From assembly GCA_963749495.1 (NCBI GenBank), contig CAVVMW010000014.1:448001-512000 (forward strand): a stretch of DNA of 64,000 bases, written 5' to 3'. Position numbers and translations under genes: made by a program. Numbering within the stretch: the stretch's first letter is position 1; each line of letters starts with the position of its first letter. The DNA comes from an uncultured bacterium. GTDB lineage: Bacteria; Verrucomicrobiota; Verrucomicrobiia; Limisphaerales; UBA8199. A model generated the notes under the pieces. The model worked only from the letters and a program-made list of their open reading frames with translations, ran no database searches and had not been told where the DNA came from. Shown piece after piece: positions 1 through 10,269 of this stretch.

Positions 1-709
1 GCGCGTTGGCGTCTATGATTTTTTCGGTCGCGGCAATCTGGGCCCTCGTCGATGCCTCCTGGATGGCTGCACCCACGACGCTTGATGCCAGGGTGATATA
101 GGCTGCCTCCAATTCGAACCGCTGCATCGCCGATTGGGCCGCCAAAGACTCCATCTGCCTCCGGTTATGGCCGAAAACGTCGAGGGCATAGCCGACCGTT
201 AGTTGAGCGGTGTGAAAGGTGTAAGTAACCGGGGCAACGTAGGGCGGTCCACTCGGATGCGAATAAGTTGAAATGGTGGTGCCGTTGCCCTGAAGTCCTG
301 GAGAATTGCCGCCCAAATTTCCCGCCAGTTGCTGCCGTTCCACAGTATAGTCCGCTCCAACCGTGGGCCAGTAATAGCCCTTCTGGGCAGAGACCAGTTC
401 CTGCGCCTGGCCCAGCGCCGCCTTGGCCGAGGCAATGGTGGGATTGCCGCGAAGGGGTTTGTCCACAAGCCTATCCAATTCCGGACATTGAAAGGCCTTC
501 CACCAATCGAGCGGGATGTCCTGGGCGGAAACAAAGCGTTGGGCACCGCCGCCGACGGGCGCCGAGGAAGCGGTCGGATCCCGCAGGGGCTTGGGCGAAA
601 AGCCGGCGGACGGCGGGGCTTCGGGCTTTTTGAAGTTCGGTCCCACGGCGCAGCCGGCAAGGAGCGCTGCGGCCAGGAGGGAAAGTGTGAATGTGAGTCT
701 CCGGTTCAT
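1..709 (-). CDS. NodT/OprM-family RND outer-membrane lipoprotein (runs off window edge)
   Basis: Not in the ORF track because it has no stop in the window. Manual translation from ATG 709 gives MNRRLTFTLSLLAAALLAGCAVGPNFKKP...WWKAF...NPTIASAKA...LDVFG, with a lipobox (LAGC) and OMF motifs. Lies downstream of an RND pump. Confidence 0.85.
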   Translation of the reverse strand, partial: MNRRLTFTLSLLAAALLAGCAVGPNFKKPEAPPSAGFSPKPLRDPTASSAPVGGGAQRFVSAQDIPLDWWKAFQCPELDRLVDKPLRGNPTIASAKAALGQAQELVSAQKGYYWPTVGADYTVERQQLAGNLGGNSPGLQGNGTTISTYSHPSGPPYVAPVTYTFHTAQLTVGYALDVFGHNRRQMESLAAQSAMQRFELEAAYITLASSVVGAAIQEASTRAQIAATEKIIDANA

Positions 710-721
710 AATGGTCTTGCT

Positions 722-1351
722 TCACGGCCTGTGCCTCATCCCGGTTCCGCTAATGACCGCGGTGTTTTTGGCGCTCGAGTTTGCCAGTCCACCAATGGCG
801 GCCGAGCCAGCACGTGGATTGCGGCCAGGGTTCAACGATAGCCCGGCGGATGGACCGGCAGCCGCTGAAACCATGGTCGGGCGGCGAGGGTTGTCCGTCT
901 GGTTAATCCGACCGCTCTCCTGGCGAGGGCCTGCCAGCGTGCTCGCAGCCGTTCGCCGGCAGTCCCCATCCTTCGCCAGCGCGCTCTTGGTCTGGGCACT
1001 GCCGACTGGCCGTTGGCCGGGATGGCCGGGACGGTTCGGATCGCGCGCCCCTGGGTTGAGGTTCGGAGGACGCGTGGGGGACCCCGGCTTGGCAACGGCC
1101 TTGCCGCTTCTGTCGGAGTCCCGGCCACCGCCCTGTTTGCCCTCAGGGTGCTTGCCCTCCGTCCGCTCATCCTTGCCTTGCGCCTCGGTCCGGTGCTTCT
1201 GGTCCAAAGTGCGATCACTGCCGGTCTCCAAGCGGGTCGCGGAACTCGCGGGTTTGGATGGCTGATTGGGTGTTTGTGCGGCGAACCCCAGCCCAAGCGC
1301 CAACGAGCCACAGCTTATCATCGCGAAAAGGAAACGGGCGGTCTTCATCAT
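722..1351 (-). CDS. Hypothetical exported low-complexity protein within the RND operon
   Basis: Signal-peptide-like N-terminus, P/G/R/S-rich body; start overlaps the RND stop (ATGA). Confidence 0.6.
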   Translation of the reverse strand: MMKTARFLFAMISCGSLALGLGFAAQTPNQPSKPASSATRLETGSDRTLDQKHRTEAQGKDERTEGKHPEGKQGGGRDSDRSGKAVAKPGSPTRPPNLNPGARDPNRPGHPGQRPVGSAQTKSALAKDGDCRRTAASTLAGPRQESGRINQTDNPRRPTMVSAAAGPSAGLSLNPGRNPRAGSAAIGGLANSSAKNTAVISGTGMRHRP

Positions 1352-4300
1352 GATGGGGTTGGGTTGGAGGGCGCCTGCGGCTCGCCGTTGGTGTCACGGT
1401 CCAGGAATATCATTCTCAGCGCCGGCACGGCGACGAGCAGCATAAAGGGCCCGACGAGCATGCCCCCAACGATCACTGTGGCCAGCGGGCGCTGCACCTG
1501 GCTTCCAATGCCGGTGGAAATGGCTGCGGGAAGCAGGCCGATGCACGCTGAAAGCGCCGTCATCAGCAGGGGGCGCATGCGCGTCGTGGCAGCTCGGAAC
1601 ATCGCATCCATGGGCGCCAGGCCGCGCAGCCTCTCGTGGTTGTAATAGGTGATCATCAGGATGCCGTCCATGACCGAGACACCGAAGAGCGAGACGAAGC
1701 CGATGGCGGCGGAGATGCTGAAAGGCTGCCCGGTAAGAAAGAGCGCGAGCACGCCGCCCACTACGGCGAAGGGGATGCCCGCCAGCGCCAGAAGGGAGTC
1801 GCGCAAGTTATTGAACAAGCTGTAGAGCAGCCCGGCAATCAACAGCAGGCTGACCGGCACAATGATCGCCAGGCGTTTCCTGGCCTTTTGAAGGTCTTCG
1901 AACTCGCCGGCCCAAATGAGCCGGTATCCAGACGGGAGTTTTACATTCCTGCCGATCCGTTCTTGCGCTTCCGCAACGGTGCTGCCAAGGTCGCGTCCTC
2001 TAACGCTGAACTTGACCGGGATGAAGCGCTGCACGCTCTCGTGGTAAATCCAGGCCGCTCCGTCATCCACCGTGATCGCCGCCAACTCGCTCAATGGAAT
2101 GTAGGCGTTGCCGCCAGTGCTGGTGGCGCAGGCCACCTTGATGTTGCTGATCTTTTCGACGCTGTCCCGGTATTCAGGTGTGTAACGGACGACCAGGTCG
2201 AACTGCCGATCGCTTTCCAGCACTGTGGTTGCCGCCGCTCCGCCCAGCGCGGCCTGAATCACGGAGTTAACGTCGCCCGAGTTGAGACCGTAACGCGCGG
2301 CTTTCTCCCGATCCACCTTGATATTCAAGTTCGGCTGCCCCAGGACCGGGAAGATCCCCAAATCGGCAACGCCGCGAACCTGGCTCATTTGATCCCGGAC
2401 CTGCGCAGCCAGCGCCGTCATCGTTTCCAGATTGGGGCCGACGATTTTGATCGAATTGACGGCTTTGACGCCTGAGATGGCCTCCTCGATGTTATCTTGT
2501 ATACATTGAGAGAAGTTGAAGGTAACCCCCGGCACCTCGTTCTGAAGCTCGGCGTTAATCTGCTCGGTCAGTTTCTCCTTGGTCATGCCCTTGCTCCATT
2601 GGTCCAGCGGCTTGAGCACCGCGAACAACTCGACGTTGGAGAAGGGTGATGCATCGCTGCCGTTGTCGGGCCGGCCATGCTGAGAGGTCACAGTAACGAC
2701 CTCCGGATATTTCAGGAGAATCAAGCGCATCTTTCTCGCCGCGGCCTCGCCGTCCTCCAACCGCAGCGTAATCGGCATCGAGCAGCGAATCCAAAAATTG
2801 CCCTCTTCCAGGTGCGGGAGAAACTCGCTGCCGAGCCGGGGTATCAGCAATGCGGCGCCAGCGATAAAAACGATTCCAGCGACCGCCACGGCCGCGCGGT
2901 GGGCCAGGGCGAACCGCAGCGCCGGATCGTAAGAGCGGTGCAAGAAGCGGACGAGGATCGTCTCGGCTTCCGTCACGTGTTCGGAAAGCAAGAACGTGGC
3001 GAGCACCGGGCTGACCGTGAAGGTGGAAATCAAGGCCCCCGCCAGGGCATAGCCGTAGGTGCGCGCCATGGGGCCGAAGATCGCGCCCTCGACGCCCTGC
3101 ATGGTGAAGAGCGGCACAAAACCGGCCACGGTAATCAGCGCCGAGAATAGCACCGCCTTATCCACCTGCATCGCGCTGATCAGGATCAGCCGCAACCGAT
3201 CGGTCCAGCCATGAGCCGGGGCGCTATGCGACGACATGCTTGTTGGGTCCGGCCCAAAAAAGCCCTCCGCCAACCGCCGGAGCAGACTCTGCCTGTCTTC
3301 CGGGGATCTCTGGAAATTCCGGAATATGTTCTCGACCAGGATCACTGCCGAATCGACGATGATGCCGAAATCAACGGCGCCGATCGAGAGCAGGTTGGCG
3401 CTCTCGCCCTGCAACACCAGCAGGATCAGGGCAAAGAACAGAGCAAACGGGATGTTGAATCCGACGATGAGCGCGCTACGGAGGTTGCCCAGGAAAATCC
3501 ATTGGATCAGGAACACCAGCAGGCATCCGAAAATCAGATTGTGCAACACGGTGTGCGTGGTGACCTCAATCAATGCGCGACGATCATAGAAGGAAACCAC
3601 CTTGACTCCGGGCGGCAGGCTGCCGTCGTGGTTGAGCCTGTCGATTTCGGCTTCGACCTTTGGAATCATGTCGTGCGCATGCTGCGTCCGGTTCATTACC
3701 ACGATGGCCGCCACGGCGTCGTCCTCCCGGTCGTGGCCCCATACCCCGAGCCTCGGCCTGTAGCCCACATCCACCTTCCCGACATCCTTTACCTGCACGG
3801 GGACGCCGTTCACCTGGGTCAGGACGACGTTTTCGATGTCACCGACCTTGTAGCCCTTCGTCAAATCATCAGCACCGCCGTCATCCATGAGTCCGACGCC
3901 GCGAATATTGATGGATTGCTGGCCAATGCCGATTTCGCGTCCGCCGACGTTGAGGTTGGCGTTGCCCAAGGCGGTCAGAATTTGCGGCACGGTGATCCCG
4001 AAGGTTTCCAGTTTGTGCGGATCGACCTCGACGTGGAATTGCTTGGTTGGGCCGCCCCAACTGTTGATGGCCACGATGCCGGGAATGGTTAGCAGCCGGC
4101 GCGCGATAATCCAATCCTGGACCGTGCGCAGATTGATGATTCCGAAATGTCTGGGACCGACCACCTGGTAACGGTAGATCTCACCCGTCCCGCTGTTCTG
4201 CTGAATGCTCGGCACCAGGTTACCCGGAAGGTTCACATTCTGCCCCAACGCTATGGCCGCTTGACTATAGGCAAAGTTATAGTCCACGCCATACTTGAAG

Positions 4301-4587
4301 ACGACCCGGACAAAGGAAAGCCCATAGAACGAAGTGGAGCGGATGACCTCGATCCCCGGCGTCGTGTAAAGTCCAATTTCAATGGGACGGGTGTAGTAAC
4401 GCTCGATCTCCTCGGCGGAGAGTCCCGGGGCCTGCGCGGTGATTTCGAGAATGACCGGCGCGGGATTTGGATAGGCCTCGATGTTCAGTTGCTGATAGGC
4501 AACATAACCGGCGCCAAGAAACATCAGCACGGCGAACACGATGACGGCGCGCCGGCTCAGACAGAATGAAATGAGCGACTTGAACAT
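1348..4587 (-). CDS. CusA/CzcA-family heavy-metal efflux RND transporter
   Basis: 1079 aa; IEAYP, GAVDFGIIVDSAVILVEN, RMRPLLMT and QRPLATVIVGG motifs. Confidence 0.93.
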   Translation of the reverse strand: MFKSLISFCLSRRAVIVFAVLMFLGAGYVAYQQLNIEAYPNPAPVILEITAQAPGLSAEEIERYYTRPIEIGLYTTPGIEVIRSTSFYGLSFVRVVFKYGVDYNFAYSQAAIALGQNVNLPGNLVPSIQQNSGTGEIYRYQVVGPRHFGIINLRTVQDWIIARRLLTIPGIVAINSWGGPTKQFHVEVDPHKLETFGITVPQILTALGNANLNVGGREIGIGQQSINIRGVGLMDDGGADDLTKGYKVGDIENVVLTQVNGVPVQVKDVGKVDVGYRPRLGVWGHDREDDAVAAIVVMNRTQHAHDMIPKVEAEIDRLNHDGSLPPGVKVVSFYDRRALIEVTTHTVLHNLIFGCLLVFLIQWIFLGNLRSALIVGFNIPFALFFALILLVLQGESANLLSIGAVDFGIIVDSAVILVENIFRNFQRSPEDRQSLLRRLAEGFFGPDPTSMSSHSAPAHGWTDRLRLILISAMQVDKAVLFSALITVAGFVPLFTMQGVEGAIFGPMARTYGYALAGALISTFTVSPVLATFLLSEHVTEAETILVRFLHRSYDPALRFALAHRAAVAVAGIVFIAGAALLIPRLGSEFLPHLEEGNFWIRCSMPITLRLEDGEAAARKMRLILLKYPEVVTVTSQHGRPDNGSDASPFSNVELFAVLKPLDQWSKGMTKEKLTEQINAELQNEVPGVTFNFSQCIQDNIEEAISGVKAVNSIKIVGPNLETMTALAAQVRDQMSQVRGVADLGIFPVLGQPNLNIKVDREKAARYGLNSGDVNSVIQAALGGAAATTVLESDRQFDLVVRYTPEYRDSVEKISNIKVACATSTGGNAYIPLSELAAITVDDGAAWIYHESVQRFIPVKFSVRGRDLGSTVAEAQERIGRNVKLPSGYRLIWAGEFEDLQKARKRLAIIVPVSLLLIAGLLYSLFNNLRDSLLALAGIPFAVVGGVLALFLTGQPFSISAAIGFVSLFGVSVMDGILMITYYNHERLRGLAPMDAMFRAATTRMRPLLMTALSACIGLLPAAISTGIGSQVQRPLATVIVGGMLVGPFMLLVAVPALRMIFLDRDTNGEPQAPSNPTPS

Positions 4588-4617
4588 AGCAGGATCTTGG
4601 TGGATAGAGGAACGAAC

Positions 4618-5836
4618 CTACTCCGACGGCTGGGCGGTCAGCATGTTGCTCAGGAAAACCGCGCCCTCGGTGACCGCCAGTTCTCCGCGCTGCAAGCCCT
4701 CGAGAACCTCATACCGCGCGTCTCGTTGCAGCCCAAGCCTGAGGGTTCTTTGGGCGAAGTGACGGCGATCCGTGGTTACCCAGGCCGTCATCGTGCCATC
4801 CCCATTCCGAACCGCGCCATTCATCGGTATGGCGAGCGACTCCACCGGGTCCCGAACTCGAATCACGAAATTGGCCAGCATGCCGGGACGCAATTCATGG
4901 TTGGGGTCCGCGATCTCAGACCGGGCCGCGAATCGATGAGTGTTTGGATCGACGGTCGCATAGAGCTTCGAAATCTTGCCTTGGAACACGCGCCCCGGAT
5001 AGGCCATCACCTTGACCTCAACCGCCTGTCCCAGACGATAAAGCGGGCTCTCGCTCTCGCTGACATTGGCCAGCATCCATTTGACCGAGACGTTCAGCGA
5101 CCGAGAAAGGGGCCGGCGCGGTCCCTGGCTGTACCAGCAGGCCCGGCGGCGCGTTGTAGGCTGTTAGCTCGCCCGCCACCGGACTAGGCACGACCAGAGC
5201 GGGGTCAATCTTCCGTGTGGCGACCATCTGATCGATCTCGCCTTCCGTCTTGCCAAAAACGCGGACCGCATCGCGCGCGGCTTTGAGCGCGCCCTCCGCC
5301 GTTTGCTGATCCGAGGTCGCCTGTTCCAGTTCGCGCTGGGAAATGCCGTTGTTGTTGGTGGAGTAAAGTTCCTTAGCTCGAGTCAGTTCCTTGGTCGTCA
5401 GCTCGAGTGTCGCGGCGGCCCCGATCAGCGTGGACTCGGCCTGGATGAGGTCCGGACTGTCAATCGTATAGAGCGGCTGTCCCTTGCGGACTTCGTCGCC
5501 CAGCTCGACGAAGGTCTTGATGAGCTTTCCCTGGTAAGGCGGGAAGACCTGAACCGAGAGAGCGTCAACGAACGTAATGCTCCCGACGGACTCTTTCTCG
5601 ACGGCGAAAAGGTAGGTTCCCACCGGCTCGATTTTGATCGCGTTAAGCTGACTCGGCGTCAGATCCACGCTGGCTTCGGCTTGGGGCGCGCTGGAAGCCG
5701 CAGAGAATCCCTGCGCCGGGGTTGTGTTCGCACGGTGCCCAGAGCCGGCCTTTAAGAGGACCAACGCGAAACCAATGACTGCAACCGCCACGATCACCGC
5801 GGTTGCTCTCCCGCCAAGATGGAATACTTTTTTCAT
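4618..5836 (-). CDS. RND periplasmic adaptor (MFP), frameshifted near 5095
   Basis: ORFs 5018-5908 and 4618-5076 join into one adaptor (N-terminal TM, VRKGQPLYTIDSPDL, LRPGMLA). Likely start MKKVF at 5836. Confidence 0.85.
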
Positions 5837-6292
5837 CCTAAAGCAAAACGATTCCGGCCTTGTGTTCCGTGTGCCGCTCGCCCACAAGGCGGCCGAACCA
5901 GAAACCAACCCCGAAACGGCTTGGCCCTCGCTTAAAACGCGATGCGCGATTCACACGGTTGTATTTGCCAGCCTTCACTATAGCGACGGCCACATGCCTG
6001 TCTATTGGTTGGCGATAGAATTCTTGTGTCGGGCGCGGCCTTGGTCCTTTGTGCGAGAGGCCTGACAAAGGTCTCAGTCGGTCAGTCGTCCACAATGGAC
6101 TCTCGGACATTTCCATTGCGCAGCGAGAAGTGTTCGTTCCAATTCGTCCTCATTTCGACAGAGTCAGGTCCCCTCGCACAGTGCACACGTCGTTCGAGCC
6201 GGCCTATGCGCCACGCTCAGCTAGACGGCCACGCGGCAGCTCCGCGCGCAACGCCGGCCGGCATTACCAGCCCAGAGTGTCCGCCCCTATAC

Positions 6293-6436
6293 TAGAGCCT
6301 GTCCCAAAAGCTCTGATTCCGAATCTTTGTCGCAGCCTTTGTCGGCACCTTTGTCGAGAAATGGCCAATCCGACAAAGGTCTCGACAAAGGCTGCGACAA
6401 AGGCCCCCGCTCGCGGGGTCCTTGGGACAGGCTCTA
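6293..6436. mobile_element. MITE-like element with perfect 15-bp terminal inverted repeats
   Basis: TAGAGCCTGTCCCAA (6293-6307) and TTGGGACAGGCTCTA (6422-6436); internally three CTTTGTCG units mirrored by three CGACAAAG units. Confidence 0.75.
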
Positions 6437-6815
6437 TACTATAGCAATGCTAGCCATTGCCCTAGAACACAGCGGGGCATTACCCCACCCTTCGATGCAA
6501 CCGCGCGAGAAGGAGGAAACGACACCACGCCCGCGATCCCAGGTTGGGCAGACGACGCGTGGGCTTGCTCATCCTGAAGTGTGTTGACTTATGCTCTGTG
6601 ATAGGAGTAACCCAAGAGCCATCAACACGGACGAGCAAGCCCTCAGAGCGTGGTTGGAAACGCGGGGAATCACCCTGCCGGAAGGCTGCTCGATGGCGGA
6701 GGCATATCGGCTCACAGCGCCATCAGTGGCAAGCAGAGACCAGGTCACACTGGCGGGCGCACCAAGTTCAACGGCACGAGCGTCGCGGTCCGGCGGGCAG
6801 GAGTCACGGCATAGG

Positions 6816-9029
6816 TCACAAATCGATGGCGACGATTTCGTGGTCGAGGATGGAGGGCACAGTGACGCGCAGGTATTGTCCGGCGCGCTCGGCGTGCGGG
6901 CGCTTGTCGGCGGCAAGCAGCCAGACCCGCCTGGCTCGGGCCCCGTCCGGCAACCGCAGCCTGACTTTCTGTTCGCCAACCGGGATGAGTTCGCGCACCG
7001 GTCCTTTCATCATCATGGGATTGGTCAAGTTGACCAGGTGAACGGTCAGGGAGTCCCTTTGCTGCCACACGGCCACATCGAGCACCCCGGGCCCGGAAAC
7101 GGTGACGCGCGGTTCCTCGTTGGCGGCCCACTCGACGGCATTGCGCAACAGCTTGAAATGGTCCACGCAAAGCACTTCCCAGAAGGTGCGGTCGATGTCC
7201 CAGGGAAAATAGACGATCCGGCTGCGGCCTGACTCGCGCAGATAGACCCCGGGGATGTCGGTTCTCGGCACTCGCGGGTACACCTTCTCCATCGGCAAAT
7301 CGGGATAGGAGGGGATGAGCGTCAGCGACGGGTTGGGAAACGGCGCCGTGGCCTCAACCTCGAGGCGATGCACGCCGTTGATGATGCGCGCCGCATCCTC
7401 CAGACCTGCGAGCAGTGCGTGCCGCTTGCCTGTTCACGGGTCCGCCTCAAGGCGCAAATATGAATTCTGCATCGGCCCTTCATGACGGCCCGTGAACGAG
7501 ATCCCGAAAAGATCGGCCAGGCCAAACTCCTTTCGCTTGACTCCCCACTCATCATAGAGACTGGTCTCGTAAGTGGCGACGACGCTCCCTCCCTGATGGG
7601 CGAAGTCGCGAAGTTGCCGGCATTGCGCATCCGAAAGGGCGGCGATATTCGGCAGGATGAGCGTCTTGAACGGAGCCAAATGGGCGGAGTCCAGCAGACG
7701 GTCATGGACCATCTCAAAGGGAATGCGAGCCTCGATGAGGGCCTCGTACCAACCCAGGGTGTGGTCCTCCGCGCCGGCGCTGCAAAACCAGGCGGTCTGC
7801 TGAGAATAAACCAGCCCCACACGGGCGAGCGGGCGTTCGTTGCGGAGGTATTTTTCCCACCGGGCGCAACGGCGGTATAGCGCTTCCACCGGCTTGAGCC
7901 ATCGCTCGTCGTGCAGCACACCGGAGAACTTCGTGAACCAGGGACGCAGGCCATTGGCGACACCGTCGGCAACCCAGAGGCGAATCTCCGCTTCGCTCTG
8001 TACGCTGTCCTTCCAGCGATAGGGCTCTTCCAGGCCGACGCTGAAGATGCCGACGATGGGCTTGCGGCCCATGGCGGCGCGGAACTCCTTGCCGTTTTTC
8101 CCGTTCGCCCATGGCGGGGCCAGGCCACGGCGCGCCTGGCGATCGGCGATAAGCGTCGGCGCCAGTTCGCCGATGCGCCGCATGTCCAGGGAACTGGTGG
8201 CCCCGCCGCCGGTGTTGGGGATGACGCACGAGTCGGGGTTAATCTTCCGCACCTCGCCGTCCCACAGACGCCACAGGTCAAAAAGCCGTTGCTGACGCCA
8301 GAGGATGTAGGCGCGGCGCGCCGGCTCCTGCGGGTCGCTCGAACGCGGCAGCTCATGCCCGCTCGCGTCCCGGAAATTGCGGCGGCAATGCTCGCAGAAA
8401 CAGATTCCGGAGCCGTCCCACCGGTTGATGAAGATGGCGTCAACCCGGTAGCGGGCCATGATCTCTTTCTTCACCTGGGTCATGAAGTCGAAGTTGTAGG
8501 GGCCCAAGGCGCAGGTGACCCACATCTCCGGCGAAGCCCAGTGGCGGCGGGCTTTGCCTTCCGCATCGATGGCAATCCAGTCCGGATGCGCCTGGCGCGC
8601 TTCATCGTAGGTCGCGTGCGGGTCGGTGCGGGCAATGACCACCATGCCCAGCTTGCGGCAGCCCGTTACCAGTTCGCCAAACACATCGCGGTCCCCCAGC
8701 CATTGGCTGCGATGATGGAATGGAACCTGGGTGGGATAATAGGCCACGCAACCGCCGGCGCTGAGGCAGGCGGCATCGGAGCGCGTGCGCTGGAAATAGT
8801 CGAGCCAGAAGCGCAGGTCGAACTTGCCGGGGTCGTCCTCGACCAGGGTCAGTTGCGCCCAGCGCATCGGTTTGTCCACCCAACTGGGGGCGGGCGGCGC
8901 CACGGCGGGTTTCTCGGCGGCCTGGAGCAGCGGCCACGAGAGTTTGCCGCTGCCGATGGCGACGGCAGCGCCGGCCAGACAGGTTGTCTTTACGAAGCCA
9001 CGGCGGCTTAGAGGAGTGTGATCGTTCAT
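6816..9029 (-). CDS. Tat-exported putative glycoside hydrolase (GHL6-like barrel plus beta-galactosidase trimerisation-like domain), frameshift near 7435
   Basis: SRRGFVK Tat motif, CFCEHC, LILPNIAALSD; continues in ORF 6816-7373. Confidence 0.7.
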
Positions 9030-9118
9030 CGGCTATGGTGCCTCAATTCTGCCTTTCATGATGCACTCGTGTATGATAATCCAGGGGTGCTGGACAGACA
9101 TTTTCCGGAGAATATTCG

Positions 9119-10171
9119 ATGACGACTACGAGACGAGCATTCAACCGCCGCCGCTTCCTTGGAATACTGGCGGCCACCACGGCATCATCCGCATCACCCT
9201 GGCCGCTTGCCTACGGCCTGCAGAATCCACGGCGGCGCAAGACTATCCTGTCGTTCTACTGCGACGATACCAGTCCTTATGCGGCTGGAGCCGAGGCGTT
9301 TGGCACTTTCCTCGACTTTTGCGCCGAGCGACAAATTGCCGGGGAATCGAGTTGTATCCTGGGGATGAGCGGCCACAGCATGGCCCGCAACCCGAACGAA
9401 CAGGAGCGGGCGTTTCTTCATCACGTTGAGCGCGCCTGGCAGTGCGGCATCGGCACGCACATGGAATTGATGACCCACCACGGCTTGTTCGATTTCCAGG
9501 AGAACCGTGACCCGGAAGGGGCCGTTCACGAGGGTTTGTGGCTCCACGAACCGGAGGTCACCAAAGAGCAATACGAGCGTTACCTCGCCAACATCCTGGC
9601 CGAGGGTGAACGGGCAGGGATTAAATTCACGGGGCTGACGTGGCCAGGCTGCGGCTGCAAGACGTGCGAGCAGCGGTATGCCGAGCTGCGGGCCGGCGGC
9701 CATGCCCAACCCAACCCAGCCCTCTGGCAAGCCCTGTTGAGTCTGGCGAAGCAAGGGAAGTTCCGCGGCCGAACCGTCCCCTGCTTTTTCAATTCCAGCG
9801 AGACCGAATACGGTCTCCATCGGAAGGCGAGCGATGGGCAGTGGGCCGTGTTCGACTTGATGCCCAACGCCATGGATCACTTCGGGATCTGGGAAAACAA
9901 CCCGGACCGGGTCAACCCGGACTACTACATTACCGCGGACGGCAAATCCGGGGTCGTTGTCCGCCGTGTCGAAGCCCAATCACCGTATTGCCTTTGGTAT
10001 TCCCACTGGCAGGGGCTCAATCCGGCCAAGGGCGTCGGCTGGCGGGCCTTCACCATGGTCGTGGAACGAATCCGCAAACACCTGGGCGACCGAGTGGTCT
10101 GGATGCGCCCCAGCGACATCACCGACCGCTATCAGCAGAGCGGCGGCTGGGACTTCATCCAGAACCTTTAG
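9119..10171 (+). CDS. Tat-exported hypothetical protein, possibly NodB/deacetylase-like barrel
   Basis: NRRRFLG Tat motif; FYCDD, H-x5-H and C-terminal VVWMRPSDI resemble deacetylase-like folds. Confidence 0.55.
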   Translation: MTTTRRAFNRRRFLGILAATTASSASPWPLAYGLQNPRRRKTILSFYCDDTSPYAAGAEAFGTFLDFCAERQIAGESSCILGMSGHSMARNPNEQERAFLHHVERAWQCGIGTHMELMTHHGLFDFQENRDPEGAVHEGLWLHEPEVTKEQYERYLANILAEGERAGIKFTGLTWPGCGCKTCEQRYAELRAGGHAQPNPALWQALLSLAKQGKFRGRTVPCFFNSSETEYGLHRKASDGQWAVFDLMPNAMDHFGIWENNPDRVNPDYYITADGKSGVVVRRVEAQSPYCLWYSHWQGLNPAKGVGWRAFTMVVERIRKHLGDRVVWMRPSDITDRYQQSGGWDFIQNL

Positions 10172-10269
10172 CAGGACTCATTGGATCGAGAGGTGTATCA
10201 TTAGCATCAGCCGGCGCAAGCGGGCGTGAACCACCGAGCCACCGTTTCAAAAGGGCGATGTTGCCACTC

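Noticed and set aside
5840..6290. Riboswitch upstream of the first RND operon (GCAATGG at about 6113-6119, minus strand)
   Set aside because: Lacks the AACCGC and GAC.CCTAC elements; I could not support any other aptamer here.
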